From Myxococcota bacterium (GTDB lineage Bacteria; Myxococcota_A; Polyangia; Nannocystales; Nannocystaceae): a stretch of 64,000 nucleotides of DNA. Shown here one piece after another: positions 49,451 through 58,878 of this stretch (the stretch's first letter is position 1; each line of letters opens with the position of its first letter). The notes beneath the pieces are model-generated. The model had not been told where the DNA came from, made no database searches, and saw nothing but the letters and a program-made list of their open reading frames with translations. The stretch is from NCBI GenBank assembly GCA_039194325.1, contig JBCCWC010000011.1:32001-96000 (forward strand), given 5' to 3'. Position numbers and translations under genes: made by a program.

Positions 49451-51679
49451 TCACTGCCCGTGCGTGATCATGTAGCCCATCAGGCTGTTGGTATCGGCGT
49501 AGCTCGGATCGATCTCGGGGATTTCGAGATCTTGCCAGTCGAAGTCGGTGATCCACATGCGGCCGGTGCCGAGGTCGCGGTAGGCGATCGAGACGGTGGC
49601 GTTGTTCCAGCCTACCAGCGGGGTGATGCCGGGAAACGCCGAGACATCGCGCCCGCAGCCGGAATCACCGAGGGGGATCGGGTTGAAGGGATTGTCGAGC
49701 CAGAATGGGTCGCCGGCGTTGTACTGGAACACGATCGGTGCGCGATCTTGGCATGAGCCAGTGAACGCCCCCTCGGCGACATTGGCGAATAGATCGCTGA
49801 ATACATCATCGGACGACGAGAACTCGGTCAGCACGATCCCTCCGCCGCTGACGTAGGCGCTGATCTCGGCAGGATTATAGAGGTTGGTGCCCGTGCGGGT
49901 GATGATGACCGCCTGCGTGTCCATATCGGGGGTGCAGCCGATGACGAGGTTGAGGCCGGACATCGGCGGGAAGAACGAGGTCACGTCGCGCGACGAGCCG
50001 CCACACCGCAGCACGTTCGGGTGCAGCTCGTTCATGCACTGATCGTCGCAGCCGTCATCGTTGTTGAGGTTGCCGTCGTCGCATTGCTCGCCGGCGTTGG
50101 TGTTGGTGAGCCCATCGCCGCACACGGGCAGCGTGCAATCGACGTCGCAGGTGGGCGACTCTCCGGCGTCGTCACAATCTTCGCCTGCCGTGACGTTGGT
50201 GAGCCCATCACCGCACACGGGCAGCGTGCAGTCATCGTCGCAGGTCGCCGATTCCCCGGCGTCGTCACACTCCTCCACGGGGCTGTTGACCAGGCCGTCG
50301 CCGCAATTGTCACAGACGGCGGGGCACAGGGTGAACGTCGCGTCGGCGCAGCTCTGGTCCCACTGCGCGTTGCAGCACGCGGGATCGGCCGCGCAGACGT
50401 CGGCGGTACAGACGTCGTCGTCGCAGCCGGGGGTGCCGTTGTCGCTGCAACAATCTCCGCCGTAGTTGACGCATCCGCTGGTGTCGAAGGCCGAGCAGTC
50501 GGGTTGGCACCCCAGTGTGCCGGTGTCGAAGCCCTGGCTTATGCAAGTCTCGCCCATCAGCGCGGCGCCGTCGCAGACCTCCACGGGGCTGTTGATGAGG
50601 TCGTCGCCGCAGTTGTCACAGACGGCGGGGCACAGGGCGAACGCTGCGTCGGCGCAGGCCTGACTCCATTGGTTATTGCAGCACGCGGCGTCGCTGGCAC
50701 AGACCATGGCCGCACAGGGGGCATCGGCGCAGCCCGGGGTCCCGTTGGCATTGCAGCAGTCTCCGGTGAAGTTGATGCAGCCGGCGGTGTCGAAGGCCGC
50801 GCAATCGGGTTGGCACGCCAGCACGCCGCCGTCGAAGCCCTGGGTGCTGCAATCGTCCATGCCCACGTCGGCGCCATCACAGACCTCCACGGGGCTGTTG
50901 ATCGTCCCGTCGCCGCAGTTGTCGCAGATCGCCGGGCACTCGCTGAAGGCCAGATCGGCGCAGCCCTGGCTCCAAGCGGCGCGGCAGCACGATGGATCGG
51001 CGGCACACACCGCGGTCGTGCAGCCCATGTCGTCGCAGCCCGGGGTGTCGTTGGAGGCGCAGCAGGCCCCGCCAAAGTCGCCGCAGCCGGAGATGTCGTA
51101 GTCCGAGCAGTCGGGCAGGCAGCCGAGCGTGCCGTACTCGAAGCCCCGTGACAGGCAATCTTCTCCGTTTAGATCGTCGCCATCACAAGTCTCCGCGTCG
51201 TCGATGATGTCGTTGCCGCAGGCAGAGCAGCCCGACAGGTCGAACCCGGAGCAGTCGGGCAGGCAGGCCAGGGTGCCGCCGCCCTGGCCCAGGGTCACGC
51301 AGTCTTCACCGAGCAGATCCGAGCCGTCGCACGACTCGGCGGCCGCGGCGTTGGCCCGATCGTCACCGCACTGGGCCGGCGTGCAATCGGCGTTACAGGT
51401 CGCCGACTCGCCCCCATCGTCACAGTCCTCGCCGGGATCCACGACTCCGTCGCCGCACGCGTCGGACCCGGTCCCCATCGCGCCGCTGCCCATCTCGGTG
51501 TCGGCGTCGCTCGACGAGCTCGGACTGGGGGTCCCCGGCGGGTCGGTCGTCCCCGAGCCCTCCGTGCCGCTGGTCGGGAGGTAGTCTCCCGCTTGGGGCG
51601 GATCGAGTCGACACGCCGGCAGCAGCAACCCGAAGAGCCCCATGGCGATCCCGCGAGCGCGCATCGTCGACGTCATCAT
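49451..51679 (-). CDS. Cys-rich repeat lipoprotein (DUF4215-like), paralogue A
   Basis: Lipobox LLPAC; same repeat types; C-terminus nearly identical to 47112-49256. Confidence 0.85.
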   Translation of the reverse strand: MMTSTMRARGIAMGLFGLLLPACRLDPPQAGDYLPTSGTEGSGTTDPPGTPSPSSSSDADTEMGSGAMGTGSDACGDGVVDPGEDCDDGGESATCNADCTPAQCGDDRANAAAAESCDGSDLLGEDCVTLGQGGGTLACLPDCSGFDLSGCSACGNDIIDDAETCDGDDLNGEDCLSRGFEYGTLGCLPDCSDYDISGCGDFGGACCASNDTPGCDDMGCTTAVCAADPSCCRAAWSQGCADLAFSECPAICDNCGDGTINSPVEVCDGADVGMDDCSTQGFDGGVLACQPDCAAFDTAGCINFTGDCCNANGTPGCADAPCAAMVCASDAACCNNQWSQACADAAFALCPAVCDNCGDDLINSPVEVCDGAALMGETCISQGFDTGTLGCQPDCSAFDTSGCVNYGGDCCSDNGTPGCDDDVCTADVCAADPACCNAQWDQSCADATFTLCPAVCDNCGDGLVNSPVEECDDAGESATCDDDCTLPVCGDGLTNVTAGEDCDDAGESPTCDVDCTLPVCGDGLTNTNAGEQCDDGNLNNDDGCDDQCMNELHPNVLRCGGSSRDVTSFFPPMSGLNLVIGCTPDMDTQAVIITRTGTNLYNPAEISAYVSGGGIVLTEFSSSDDVFSDLFANVAEGAFTGSCQDRAPIVFQYNAGDPFWLDNPFNPIPLGDSGCGRDVSAFPGITPLVGWNNATVSIAYRDLGTGRMWITDFDWQDLEIPEIDPSYADTNSLMGYMITHGQ

Positions 51680-51783
51680 CGGCGAATGCTAGCCCATTTC
51701 CTCGTTTCCAGTCGGCATGGCGGGCAATTTCGGGCTCCTGGCGAGCATGTTCGGGCCGACCGTTCGTGAGCGGTCGGGCCGAC

Positions 51784-52491
51784 CTATACGCCCTGTCCCG
51801 GGTCGAGCTTCCCCTTGTCGCGCAGTTGCTTGTGCTCGCTATACCGCGTGGTGAGCACGTCGACGCGATCGCGCAATAGTAGCGTGAAGCGAAACAGCTC
51901 CTCGCACACGTCGACCACCCGGTCGCGAAAGCTCGAGGGCTTCATGCGGCCGTCGTCGTCGAACTCCTGCCAGGCCTTGGCCACCGAGGACTGGTTGGGG
52001 ATCGTGAACATCCGCATCCAGCGGCCGAGGATCCGCAGCTGGTTGACGGCGTTGAACGACTGCGAGCCTCCGCTGACCTCCATGACCGCCAGGGTGCGCC
52101 CCTGGGTAGGTCGCACCGCGCCGTCCGACAGCGGCAGCCAGTCGATCTGGTTCTTGAACGCGGCGGTCATGCTGCCGTGCTGCTCGGGCGAGATCCACAC
52201 GTGCCCCTCGGACCAGATCGACGCCTGGCGCAGCAGCTGTACCTTGGGGTGGTCGCCCGAGGTGCGGTCGAACACCGGCAGCCCGTGTGGGTCGAAGACC
52301 TGCACCTGGGCCCCGAACCGGGTGAGCACGCGCTCGACCTCGAGCGCCAGCTTGCGGCTGTAGCTGACCGCGCGCAGCGATCCGTAGAGCACCAGAATGC
52401 GGGGCGGATGCTCGCGGCCTCCGGTGAGGCCCAGGGCGTCCCGGGCGGAGGCGACCGAGTGGGAGGGCAGATCGTCGTCGATGGTGTGCAC
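51784..52491 (-). CDS. arsH: Arsenical resistance NADPH-dependent FMN reductase ArsH
   Basis: [66 protein letters not shown] start at 52491. Confidence 0.92.
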   Translation of the reverse strand: MHTIDDDLPSHSVASARDALGLTGGREHPPRILVLYGSLRAVSYSRKLALEVERVLTRFGAQVQVFDPHGLPVFDRTSGDHPKVQLLRQASIWSEGHVWISPEQHGSMTAAFKNQIDWLPLSDGAVRPTQGRTLAVMEVSGGSQSFNAVNQLRILGRWMRMFTIPNQSSVAKAWQEFDDDGRMKPSSFRDRVVDVCEELFRFTLLLRDRVDVLTTRYSEHKQLRDKGKLDPGQGV

Positions 52492-52647
52492 GTGGCCCGA
52501 CCTTAGCGAGGGCCCAGCCGGGTCGTCAGCGCGCGGTCCCTTCGATCTTTTCGTGAGGTTTGATGCGCTTTGGATGATCGATCCGGTTGGGGCCGGCACT
52601 TCCCTGGGCGAGCACGACCCGCGCACCGAAAGGAACGAGCAACGACG

Positions 52648-54327
52648 ATGCAGCGAGCCTGGACCTACGCCCATGCAACCACCTTGGCGACCGCGACGAG
52701 CTTGGCGACCGCGACTACCTTGGCGACGGTGTCGCTCACGTCCCGCGAGGCCGCGGCGTGTGGCGCGGTCTTCGTGCCGCGCGAGCAGACCACCACCGTC
52801 GAGCAGACCGGGCTCAATGTGGTGTACGCGCGCGACGGGGACGTCGTGGAGGCGCACATCCAGATCCAGCACCGCGGCGACGAGGGGACCGAGCTGGGCT
52901 GGGTCGTCCCCGTGATGGCCCGCCCCGAGGTCTCGATCGGTTCCGATCCGCTGTTCGACCGCTTGCTCGAGGGTACCGTGCCCCTCTTTCGGGTCCGTCG
53001 AAACGAAGAGGACAACTGTAGCCGGGGGTTCTCCGGCTGTGGCGCGGCCGGAGGTGGCGACGAGCGGGGAGACGAGGGCGAGTCCGAGGATCCCCTTCGG
53101 GTGGCCGAGGGCACGGTGGGGGTCTACGACTACGCCCGGCTCGAGGGGGGCACCGTCCAGGAGATCACCCAGTGGCTCGATGACAACGGCTACGCGTACG
53201 ACGAGCAGTCTGTGCCGATCCTCCAGGAGTATCTCGCCGAGGGATTCGGCTTTTTGGCGTTCAAGCTCCCCCGGCGCTCGCGCGGCGGCGAGCAGGCCAT
53301 CCACCCGGTGGTGCTCCGCTACCCGGGTACCGAGGTGTGCTTGCCGCTTCGCATGACCCGGATCGCCGGGTCCGAGCGAATGAGCGTGCGGGTGTTCGTG
53401 CTTGGTTCGTCGAGGGCGGTTCCCAGCAACTACCGGCACGTGGAGCTCAACCGATTGAAGATATCGTCCGACGGTGACGACTACGACCGCGAGGTCTACG
53501 CGGCCACCCACGAGCAGGACACGCAGGGGCGGGCCTTCGTCACCGAGTTCGCGGGATCGCCCCCGCCCGCGAACGCGACCGTCTACTCGGAGCTCTGGGA
53601 TAGTCGGGCCTTTGCCGATCTCGATCCCGCCGATCTGACCGAGGTGCTCATGGGGCAGCGGCTGCTGAAGTGTTCGGCGGACGAGGACGCGTGCACCCCC
53701 GAGCACCCGCTGCTGATGGATCTGCTGGAGGCCTACCTACCGCCTCCGTGGGGCAAGAGCGCCGAGCGCTTCTATTCGTGCAGCTACTGTGACCCGCAGG
53801 CCCTGGTCGGCCTCGATTGGGATCGTGCGGGCTTTGTCGAGGCGATGGAGGAGTTCATCGTGGGGCCGGGCGAGCAAGCTGCGGATCTGCTGGCGCTGCC
53901 TTATCTGACCCGCATGCACGCGGTGATGTCGCCCGAGGAAATGACCGTCGATCCGGTGTTCCACGAAAACCCGGATCTTCCCGATGTGTCGCGCCTCTAC
54001 TCGCAGACTCGGGTCGAAAACTGCGAGGGTCCCAGCCGCGTGGTGCTCGACGATGGGCGGCGGATCTTCTTCGATTCGAACCCCCCGGGCTTTTCCAGTA
54101 TGCCCTCCTCGCTGCGGATCGAAGAGATCCCGCCGCAGGGAGCTCCGGTCGTGTTGTTCGATCACTCGGATGCGATCGACGAGGAGCTCGCGCGCTGGAA
54201 CGCCGAGCACGGTCCGCCGCCGCAGGGGTGTGACTGCCGGGCGGTCCGCTGGCGCTGGCGAGGCTCGGGCCCCTTGCTGCTGATGTTCGGTCTCGGGCTG
54301 CTGGCCCGTCGTCGCCGGGGTGGCTAG
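52648..54327 (+). CDS. DUF2330 domain exported protein with MYXO-CTERM-like tail
   Basis: Signal ending [59 protein letters not shown]; tail GCDC...[15 protein letters not shown]. Confidence 0.85.
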   Translation: MQRAWTYAHATTLATATSLATATTLATVSLTSREAAACGAVFVPREQTTTVEQTGLNVVYARDGDVVEAHIQIQHRGDEGTELGWVVPVMARPEVSIGSDPLFDRLLEGTVPLFRVRRNEEDNCSRGFSGCGAAGGGDERGDEGESEDPLRVAEGTVGVYDYARLEGGTVQEITQWLDDNGYAYDEQSVPILQEYLAEGFGFLAFKLPRRSRGGEQAIHPVVLRYPGTEVCLPLRMTRIAGSERMSVRVFVLGSSRAVPSNYRHVELNRLKISSDGDDYDREVYAATHEQDTQGRAFVTEFAGSPPPANATVYSELWDSRAFADLDPADLTEVLMGQRLLKCSADEDACTPEHPLLMDLLEAYLPPPWGKSAERFYSCSYCDPQALVGLDWDRAGFVEAMEEFIVGPGEQAADLLALPYLTRMHAVMSPEEMTVDPVFHENPDLPDVSRLYSQTRVENCEGPSRVVLDDGRRIFFDSNPPGFSSMPSSLRIEEIPPQGAPVVLFDHSDAIDEELARWNAEHGPPPQGCDCRAVRWRWRGSGPLLLMFGLGLLARRRRGG

Positions 54328-54403
54328 GCCGGGGCTGCTAGGCCGAGGCCGGTAGGGGATGCGCGACTTCGTCGCGCCCGGCCTCGGTCTTGCTCGTCAC
54401 GAA

Positions 54404-54438
54404 CGCGAAAAAGCCCGAGCGTGGGCTCGGGCTCTTCG
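54404..54438 (-). terminator. Intrinsic terminator (minus strand; possibly bidirectional)
   Basis: Minus strand: agcccgagc-ccac-gctcgggct followed by a T run, between convergent genes. Confidence 0.7.
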
Positions 54439-54470
54439 TGTGATCGCGGGCGAGGGGCTCGTTCGTGCCG

Positions 54471-55058
54471 CTAGCGGCGGCGACGCTTGAGCTTTTGCTC
54501 GGACAGGGTGCCGCGGTGCTTGTTGCCCTCGGCGTCCTCGCAGACCACCTCGAGGCCCTTGAGCCCAACGGGGATCCCCAGGGCTCGCCGCACGAGCAGC
54601 TTGGCCGACTTGGCCTCGCATTGCTCGACGCGCGTGCCGTCCTTGGTGGTCACGTCGGCCACGGCGATGGCCTCGCCATTGTCGCCGAGCACCACGTCGA
54701 AGCTCCATCCGCGGCGCTCACCGCGCAGGGTCACCCCGAAGCGCTTGGCGCCCTTGCGCTCGTACTCCAGATCGACAAAGCGCCGCACGCCCTTGCCAAA
54801 GGGGCTGCGCTCGTCGTTCTCCTTGCTGTGCAGCCACCACATGCGGACCTCGGAGAGCGCGTCGGGCTGCTCGGCGAGGGTCCACGAGTCGACGACGATG
54901 TCGTGGTGGTTCTTGCCGAAGTCGGGATCGATCCGCAGCACCTCTTGGTGCATCAGCCCGTCGGGCGACAGATCGGCGACGCTGGTCTCGACCCAGGGGA
55001 CCCGGGGGGCCATCGATACGCTCAGGAGCAGGGCGCTGGTGAGGAGCTTGGTGATCAC
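54471..55058 (-). CDS. Hypothetical exported protein (weak DUF4833-like resemblance)
   Basis: Signal peptide, host-like codon usage, downstream terminator. Confidence 0.6.
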   Translation of the reverse strand: MITKLLTSALLLSVSMAPRVPWVETSVADLSPDGLMHQEVLRIDPDFGKNHHDIVVDSWTLAEQPDALSEVRMWWLHSKENDERSPFGKGVRRFVDLEYERKGAKRFGVTLRGERRGWSFDVVLGDNGEAIAVADVTTKDGTRVEQCEAKSAKLLVRRALGIPVGLKGLEVVCEDAEGNKHRGTLSEQKLKRRRR

Positions 55059-55390
55059 AGTGCTTGCCTTAGCCTAGGGGACCTGGAGCGGGGTGCGAGC
55101 GATCCTTGTCACGCGTGGGGTGAGACGGATCTCGTCGGCCGAGATTGCAGTCGGATTCGAAATGGATCCGACCATGGACTCGAAGGGTGAGGGGCGTCAC
55201 GGTGAAGCCCGCAGGGACGCTCCGGGCGCGCGCAGCGGACGGGAGGATCGCATGGGTAGTGAACCAAGGGGTCCAGACGATCACGAAAAAAGGCGCGGGA
55301 CCGGCTCGGGACTCGCGGGGATCCCGTGGCCTGCGCGCTCGCGCGCACTGTCGTGTGCAGCGTGTATGGTGGGGTCTGACTGGTCGCGTC

Positions 55391-56497
55391 ATGGAACCAC
55401 GTCCCCTTGGAGCCTCCGAGTTGAGTGTGTCGCCGGTGGTCTACGGCGCGCAGGCCTTTGCGCGTCGCGATCCCGCGATGCGCGTCCAGACCCTCCATGC
55501 GGCGATCGACGCGGGGATCACCAGCATCGACACGGCGCCGCTCTACGGGTTTGGGGAGTCGGAGCGGCTGGTGGGGCAGGCGATCGCCGATCGCCGCGAG
55601 TCGGTGCAGATCCTCGGCAAGGTGGGCCTTCGCTGGGACGACGACCACGGCGAGGTGTTGCTGCGTGCGCCGCAGGACGACGGGTCGACCCGGGTGGTGC
55701 GCCGCGATGCTCGGCCTGTCTCGGTGCGGCGTGATGTAGAGCAGAGCCTGCGTCGCCTGGGGATCGAGCGGCTGGATCTGTGTCAGGTGCACCACCCCGA
55801 CCCGCAGGTCCCCATCGCCGACACGATGGGGGAGCTGTTGCGGCTGCGACAAGAGGGCAAGGTGCGGGCTGTCGGGGTCTGCAACTTCTCGGCGTCGCAG
55901 GTGCAGCAGGCCCAGGCGGCGCTGGGCTCGGTCCCGCTGGCGGGGGTGCAATCGGAGTACAGCCTCTTGCGCCGTGACGTCGAGCGAGACGTGATGGGGG
56001 CGGTGCACGAGCACGGGCTGGGGTTTTTGGCCTACTCGCCCCTTGTGCACGGGCTGCTGGCCGGGCGGATGGCGGCCGGGCGGCGGCGCCTGCCGACCGA
56101 CGACTACCGACGGTGGGATCCCGCGTTCTTGCCCGCGAACGTGGCCCGGGTCGAGGCGGTGCGGCGCGGGGGGATGGAGTCGCTGGCCCGGCGGCACGGG
56201 GTCAGCTCGGCCCAGATCGCGCTGGCGTGGGTGCTGCATCAGCCGGGGGTGACCGCGGTGATCGTCGGGGGCAGCAGCCCCGCGCAGGTCCGCGCCAACG
56301 CTCGGGCGGCCACGCTGGTCCTGCGGGCGGGCGAGCGCTCGGGGCTCGCGGCGGATTTCGAGCGGGTGCAGCTGGATCCCGAGCTTACGCCACGGCGTCG
56401 GGATCGATGGCGGGCGCGGGCCGAGCGGGTGGCCGAGCGAGCGTGGCAGCGCGCGGCGGCGCGTCTGCCGTGGTGGCCGTCGATGCCGTGGCGGTAG
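55391..56497 (+). CDS. Aldo/keto reductase
   Basis: IDTAPLYGFGESE, SLRRLGIERLDLCQVH.PD, GKVRAVGVCNF, QSEYSLL, AYSPL, QIALAWVL. Confidence 0.93.
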   Translation: MEPRPLGASELSVSPVVYGAQAFARRDPAMRVQTLHAAIDAGITSIDTAPLYGFGESERLVGQAIADRRESVQILGKVGLRWDDDHGEVLLRAPQDDGSTRVVRRDARPVSVRRDVEQSLRRLGIERLDLCQVHHPDPQVPIADTMGELLRLRQEGKVRAVGVCNFSASQVQQAQAALGSVPLAGVQSEYSLLRRDVERDVMGAVHEHGLGFLAYSPLVHGLLAGRMAAGRRRLPTDDYRRWDPAFLPANVARVEAVRRGGMESLARRHGVSSAQIALAWVLHQPGVTAVIVGGSSPAQVRANARAATLVLRAGERSGLAADFERVQLDPELTPRRRDRWRARAERVAERAWQRAAARLPWWPSMPWR

Positions 56498-56585
56498 GCC
56501 GAGCCCCCGTCGAGCCCAGTCGAGCCCAGTCGAGCCCCGTCGAGCCCGGCTTCGGATCCTGTTGCAGGCGGGGTAGGTTGCGGGC

Positions 56586-57635
56586 GTGAGCATCACCCGC
56601 GTTTCCCTCGTCCTCAGTGTGCCCGTGGCCCTCGCAACGCTGGCGTGGCTGGGGATGAGCGCCTGTGGAGACGACACGGCCGCGAGCTCGGGCTCGGGCT
56701 CGGGCACCACGGAGGCTTCGTCCACGGCTTCGCCTCCGACCACCGGGGCCTCCGATCCTTCGTCGGTCACCGGCACTCCGGGCACATCGAGTCCCTCGGG
56801 CACCACCACGCCCACCACATCGACGGGGGCCGACGAGACGGCCACGACCACCGGCGCGGTCGCCTGCCCCAAGAACGTGGTGCTGATGGGCTACTGGCCG
56901 CCCACCAACGAGATGCTGCGGCGGTGGAGCACCAACCCTCAGCAAAACCCCGGCGACTGGGTCGGCGAGGACTGGGAGGGCTATGGCTACGACGTGTACT
57001 CGTTCTTCCCGGAGTTTCCGCCCGACGGCGACCCCAGCAACGATTCGATCGGGGACGACGGGGCGGTGGGCTCACCGCGCTTTGATCTGCGTGTGGACTA
57101 CCAGGCCACCTCCGCCGACTTCTGGCGGCTGGTCGATACCTATCAGCCGGTGATCCTGGTGACGACCAGCCGAGGCGGCGGGATCGGCTGGGAGATCGAG
57201 GCGATCGAGGGAGGGCACGGCGGCGGCGGCGGCAACCCGGCGTTCGACTGGTCTTCGGATCAGCACGGGGCCGTCCAGTACCCCACCGAGGAGACGATCG
57301 ACCCACTGTCGTGGGATGCGATCTCTACGTATCGCCAGGGCAATACGCTCGACACCCAGCTGCCGGCCGAAGAGATCTTCATGGCCACCGACAGGCTCGG
57401 GCTGACCTCCGTGGAGATCGAGTACGGGACCAGTGGCGACTTCTTGTCGGGATTCTTGGGGCTGCACGGGCTCTACTACAACGCGATCACCCCGCACAAC
57501 GTGGCCGCCGGGCACATCCACGTGGGCTTTGGCCTGCCCGTGCCGACGGCCGAGACGCTGATCGAGCAGTCGCTGCGCACGATCTTGGAGCAGCATCCGG
57601 TCGACGAGGTCGACTGCCCTCCGCCGGGGGCTTGA
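56586..57635 (+). CDS. Lipoprotein with pyroglutamyl-peptidase I (C15)-like domain, Ser at the catalytic Cys position
   Basis: Lipobox GMSAC; VVLMGYWP, LRVDY, QPVILVTT, WEIE, TQLP, SGDFLS, GHIHVG follow the order of Pcp motifs (LTGF.P, LPV.Y, LE, T.LP, AG.YLC, GFIHVP). Confidence 0.65.
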   Translation: MSITRVSLVLSVPVALATLAWLGMSACGDDTAASSGSGSGTTEASSTASPPTTGASDPSSVTGTPGTSSPSGTTTPTTSTGADETATTTGAVACPKNVVLMGYWPPTNEMLRRWSTNPQQNPGDWVGEDWEGYGYDVYSFFPEFPPDGDPSNDSIGDDGAVGSPRFDLRVDYQATSADFWRLVDTYQPVILVTTSRGGGIGWEIEAIEGGHGGGGGNPAFDWSSDQHGAVQYPTEETIDPLSWDAISTYRQGNTLDTQLPAEEIFMATDRLGLTSVEIEYGTSGDFLSGFLGLHGLYYNAITPHNVAAGHIHVGFGLPVPTAETLIEQSLRTILEQHPVDEVDCPPPGA

Positions 57636-57691
57636 GTCTTCGGCTTCGCGACCCTGGCGAGGCGGTCGTGCCGTCCTCGGTGGGTCACCGG

Positions 57692-58690
57692 TCAGCAGCC
57701 CTCGTCGTAGGGGCGGCAGTCCATCAGCAGCTCGCCGTCCTCGGTGGCTCCCAGCGCCGTGTAGTCCTCGTCGCCGCAGGCGCGCTCGCGGTGTCCGGGC
57801 TCGAGGTCGATCGCCCGACGCAAGCTGGTGGCCGCGTGGTCGGTGTCGCCGCGGCGGCTCTCCAGGGCCCCGCGGTTGAACCATCCCCAGGCGTACTGGG
57901 GATCCTCGTCGGTGGCGGCCGCGAATAGCTCGTAGGCCTCGTCGAGCTGTCCCGCCGCATAGGCCCGCATACCGGCGGCGTTGGCCAGCGTGGCACGCAC
58001 CAGCGATCGGTCGGCGACGGTCAGCTCGATGTCCTCGGAGTCCCAGCACATCACGCCGTCGACGTAGTGGAGCGCGATCCAGACCGTATCGCCGTCGGGG
58101 CTTACGCGGGCATCGACGACCCGCTGGGACTCGATCCGCCAGGGCTCGTTGGCCAGCCGCTCGAGGTCGACCCAGGCCCCCCGGGGGCCGCGGACGGCCA
58201 CGTGCAGGCGTAGCGCCTCCTCGTCGGTGGGGTGGGGCGAGGTGCGGAGGTAGATCTCGGTGGGCTCGCCGGCGATCGTGCCGAAGGCCCCGGCCGGGTT
58301 GGCCACCGCGGCGGCGGGCGTCAGCGGACCGAGGGCGTCGCGGGCCTTGGCCTCGTTGCGGATGAAGCGGCCGGCCTCGGCGGTGCTGATCGGCCCCTTG
58401 GGGTTTTGGGGGGTCGCCGCGTCGTACAGCGAGTCCTCGTTGTGCCACAGCAGGGTGGAGTCGTCGGCCTCGCCCACGCGCAGCTGGTCGATCGTGGCGC
58501 GGCACGAGAGCTCTCCGCCTTCGCTGCACACCAGCCGGCGGCTGGCGGCTCGACCGTCGTCGGTCCAGCCGAGAAACTCCTGGTGCGAGCGCGCGCGATC
58601 GTGGCGCAGGTCGACGATGTCCTGGCGAGCGCCGGCCACGGCGACCGACGGCAGCAGGAGCAACAGGGCGGTGGTCACGAAACGACGCAT
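57692..58690 (-). CDS. Exported protein with C-terminal TPR repeats
   Basis: Signal peptide (AVA); NAAGMRAY, WFNRGALE, LRRAIDLEP. Confidence 0.75.
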   Translation of the reverse strand: MRRFVTTALLLLLPSVAVAGARQDIVDLRHDRARSHQEFLGWTDDGRAASRRLVCSEGGELSCRATIDQLRVGEADDSTLLWHNEDSLYDAATPQNPKGPISTAEAGRFIRNEAKARDALGPLTPAAAVANPAGAFGTIAGEPTEIYLRTSPHPTDEEALRLHVAVRGPRGAWVDLERLANEPWRIESQRVVDARVSPDGDTVWIALHYVDGVMCWDSEDIELTVADRSLVRATLANAAGMRAYAAGQLDEAYELFAAATDEDPQYAWGWFNRGALESRRGDTDHAATSLRRAIDLEPGHRERACGDEDYTALGATEDGELLMDCRPYDEGC

Positions 58691-58878
58691 GCCCGGCTGG
58701 AATGCAACGGCCCGACCATGAAGTGATTTCGATTGGTTACGAAGGGCGCTCCTGCGCGATGACATCCATTGTTGCAATGGATGATGGGCGCGAGCTCGAG
58801 GCGTGGGAGGCTGGCGTGAATTGCGCCAGACCCGCGCTGCGATTGAACGCCGCGAGCTTCCGCCAAGCGAGTGCTCGG

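Noticed and set aside
52492..53706. 640-aa ArsH fusion suggested by the ORF track
   Set aside because: The extension is the antisense shadow of the DUF2330 gene; ArsH similarity starts near 52491
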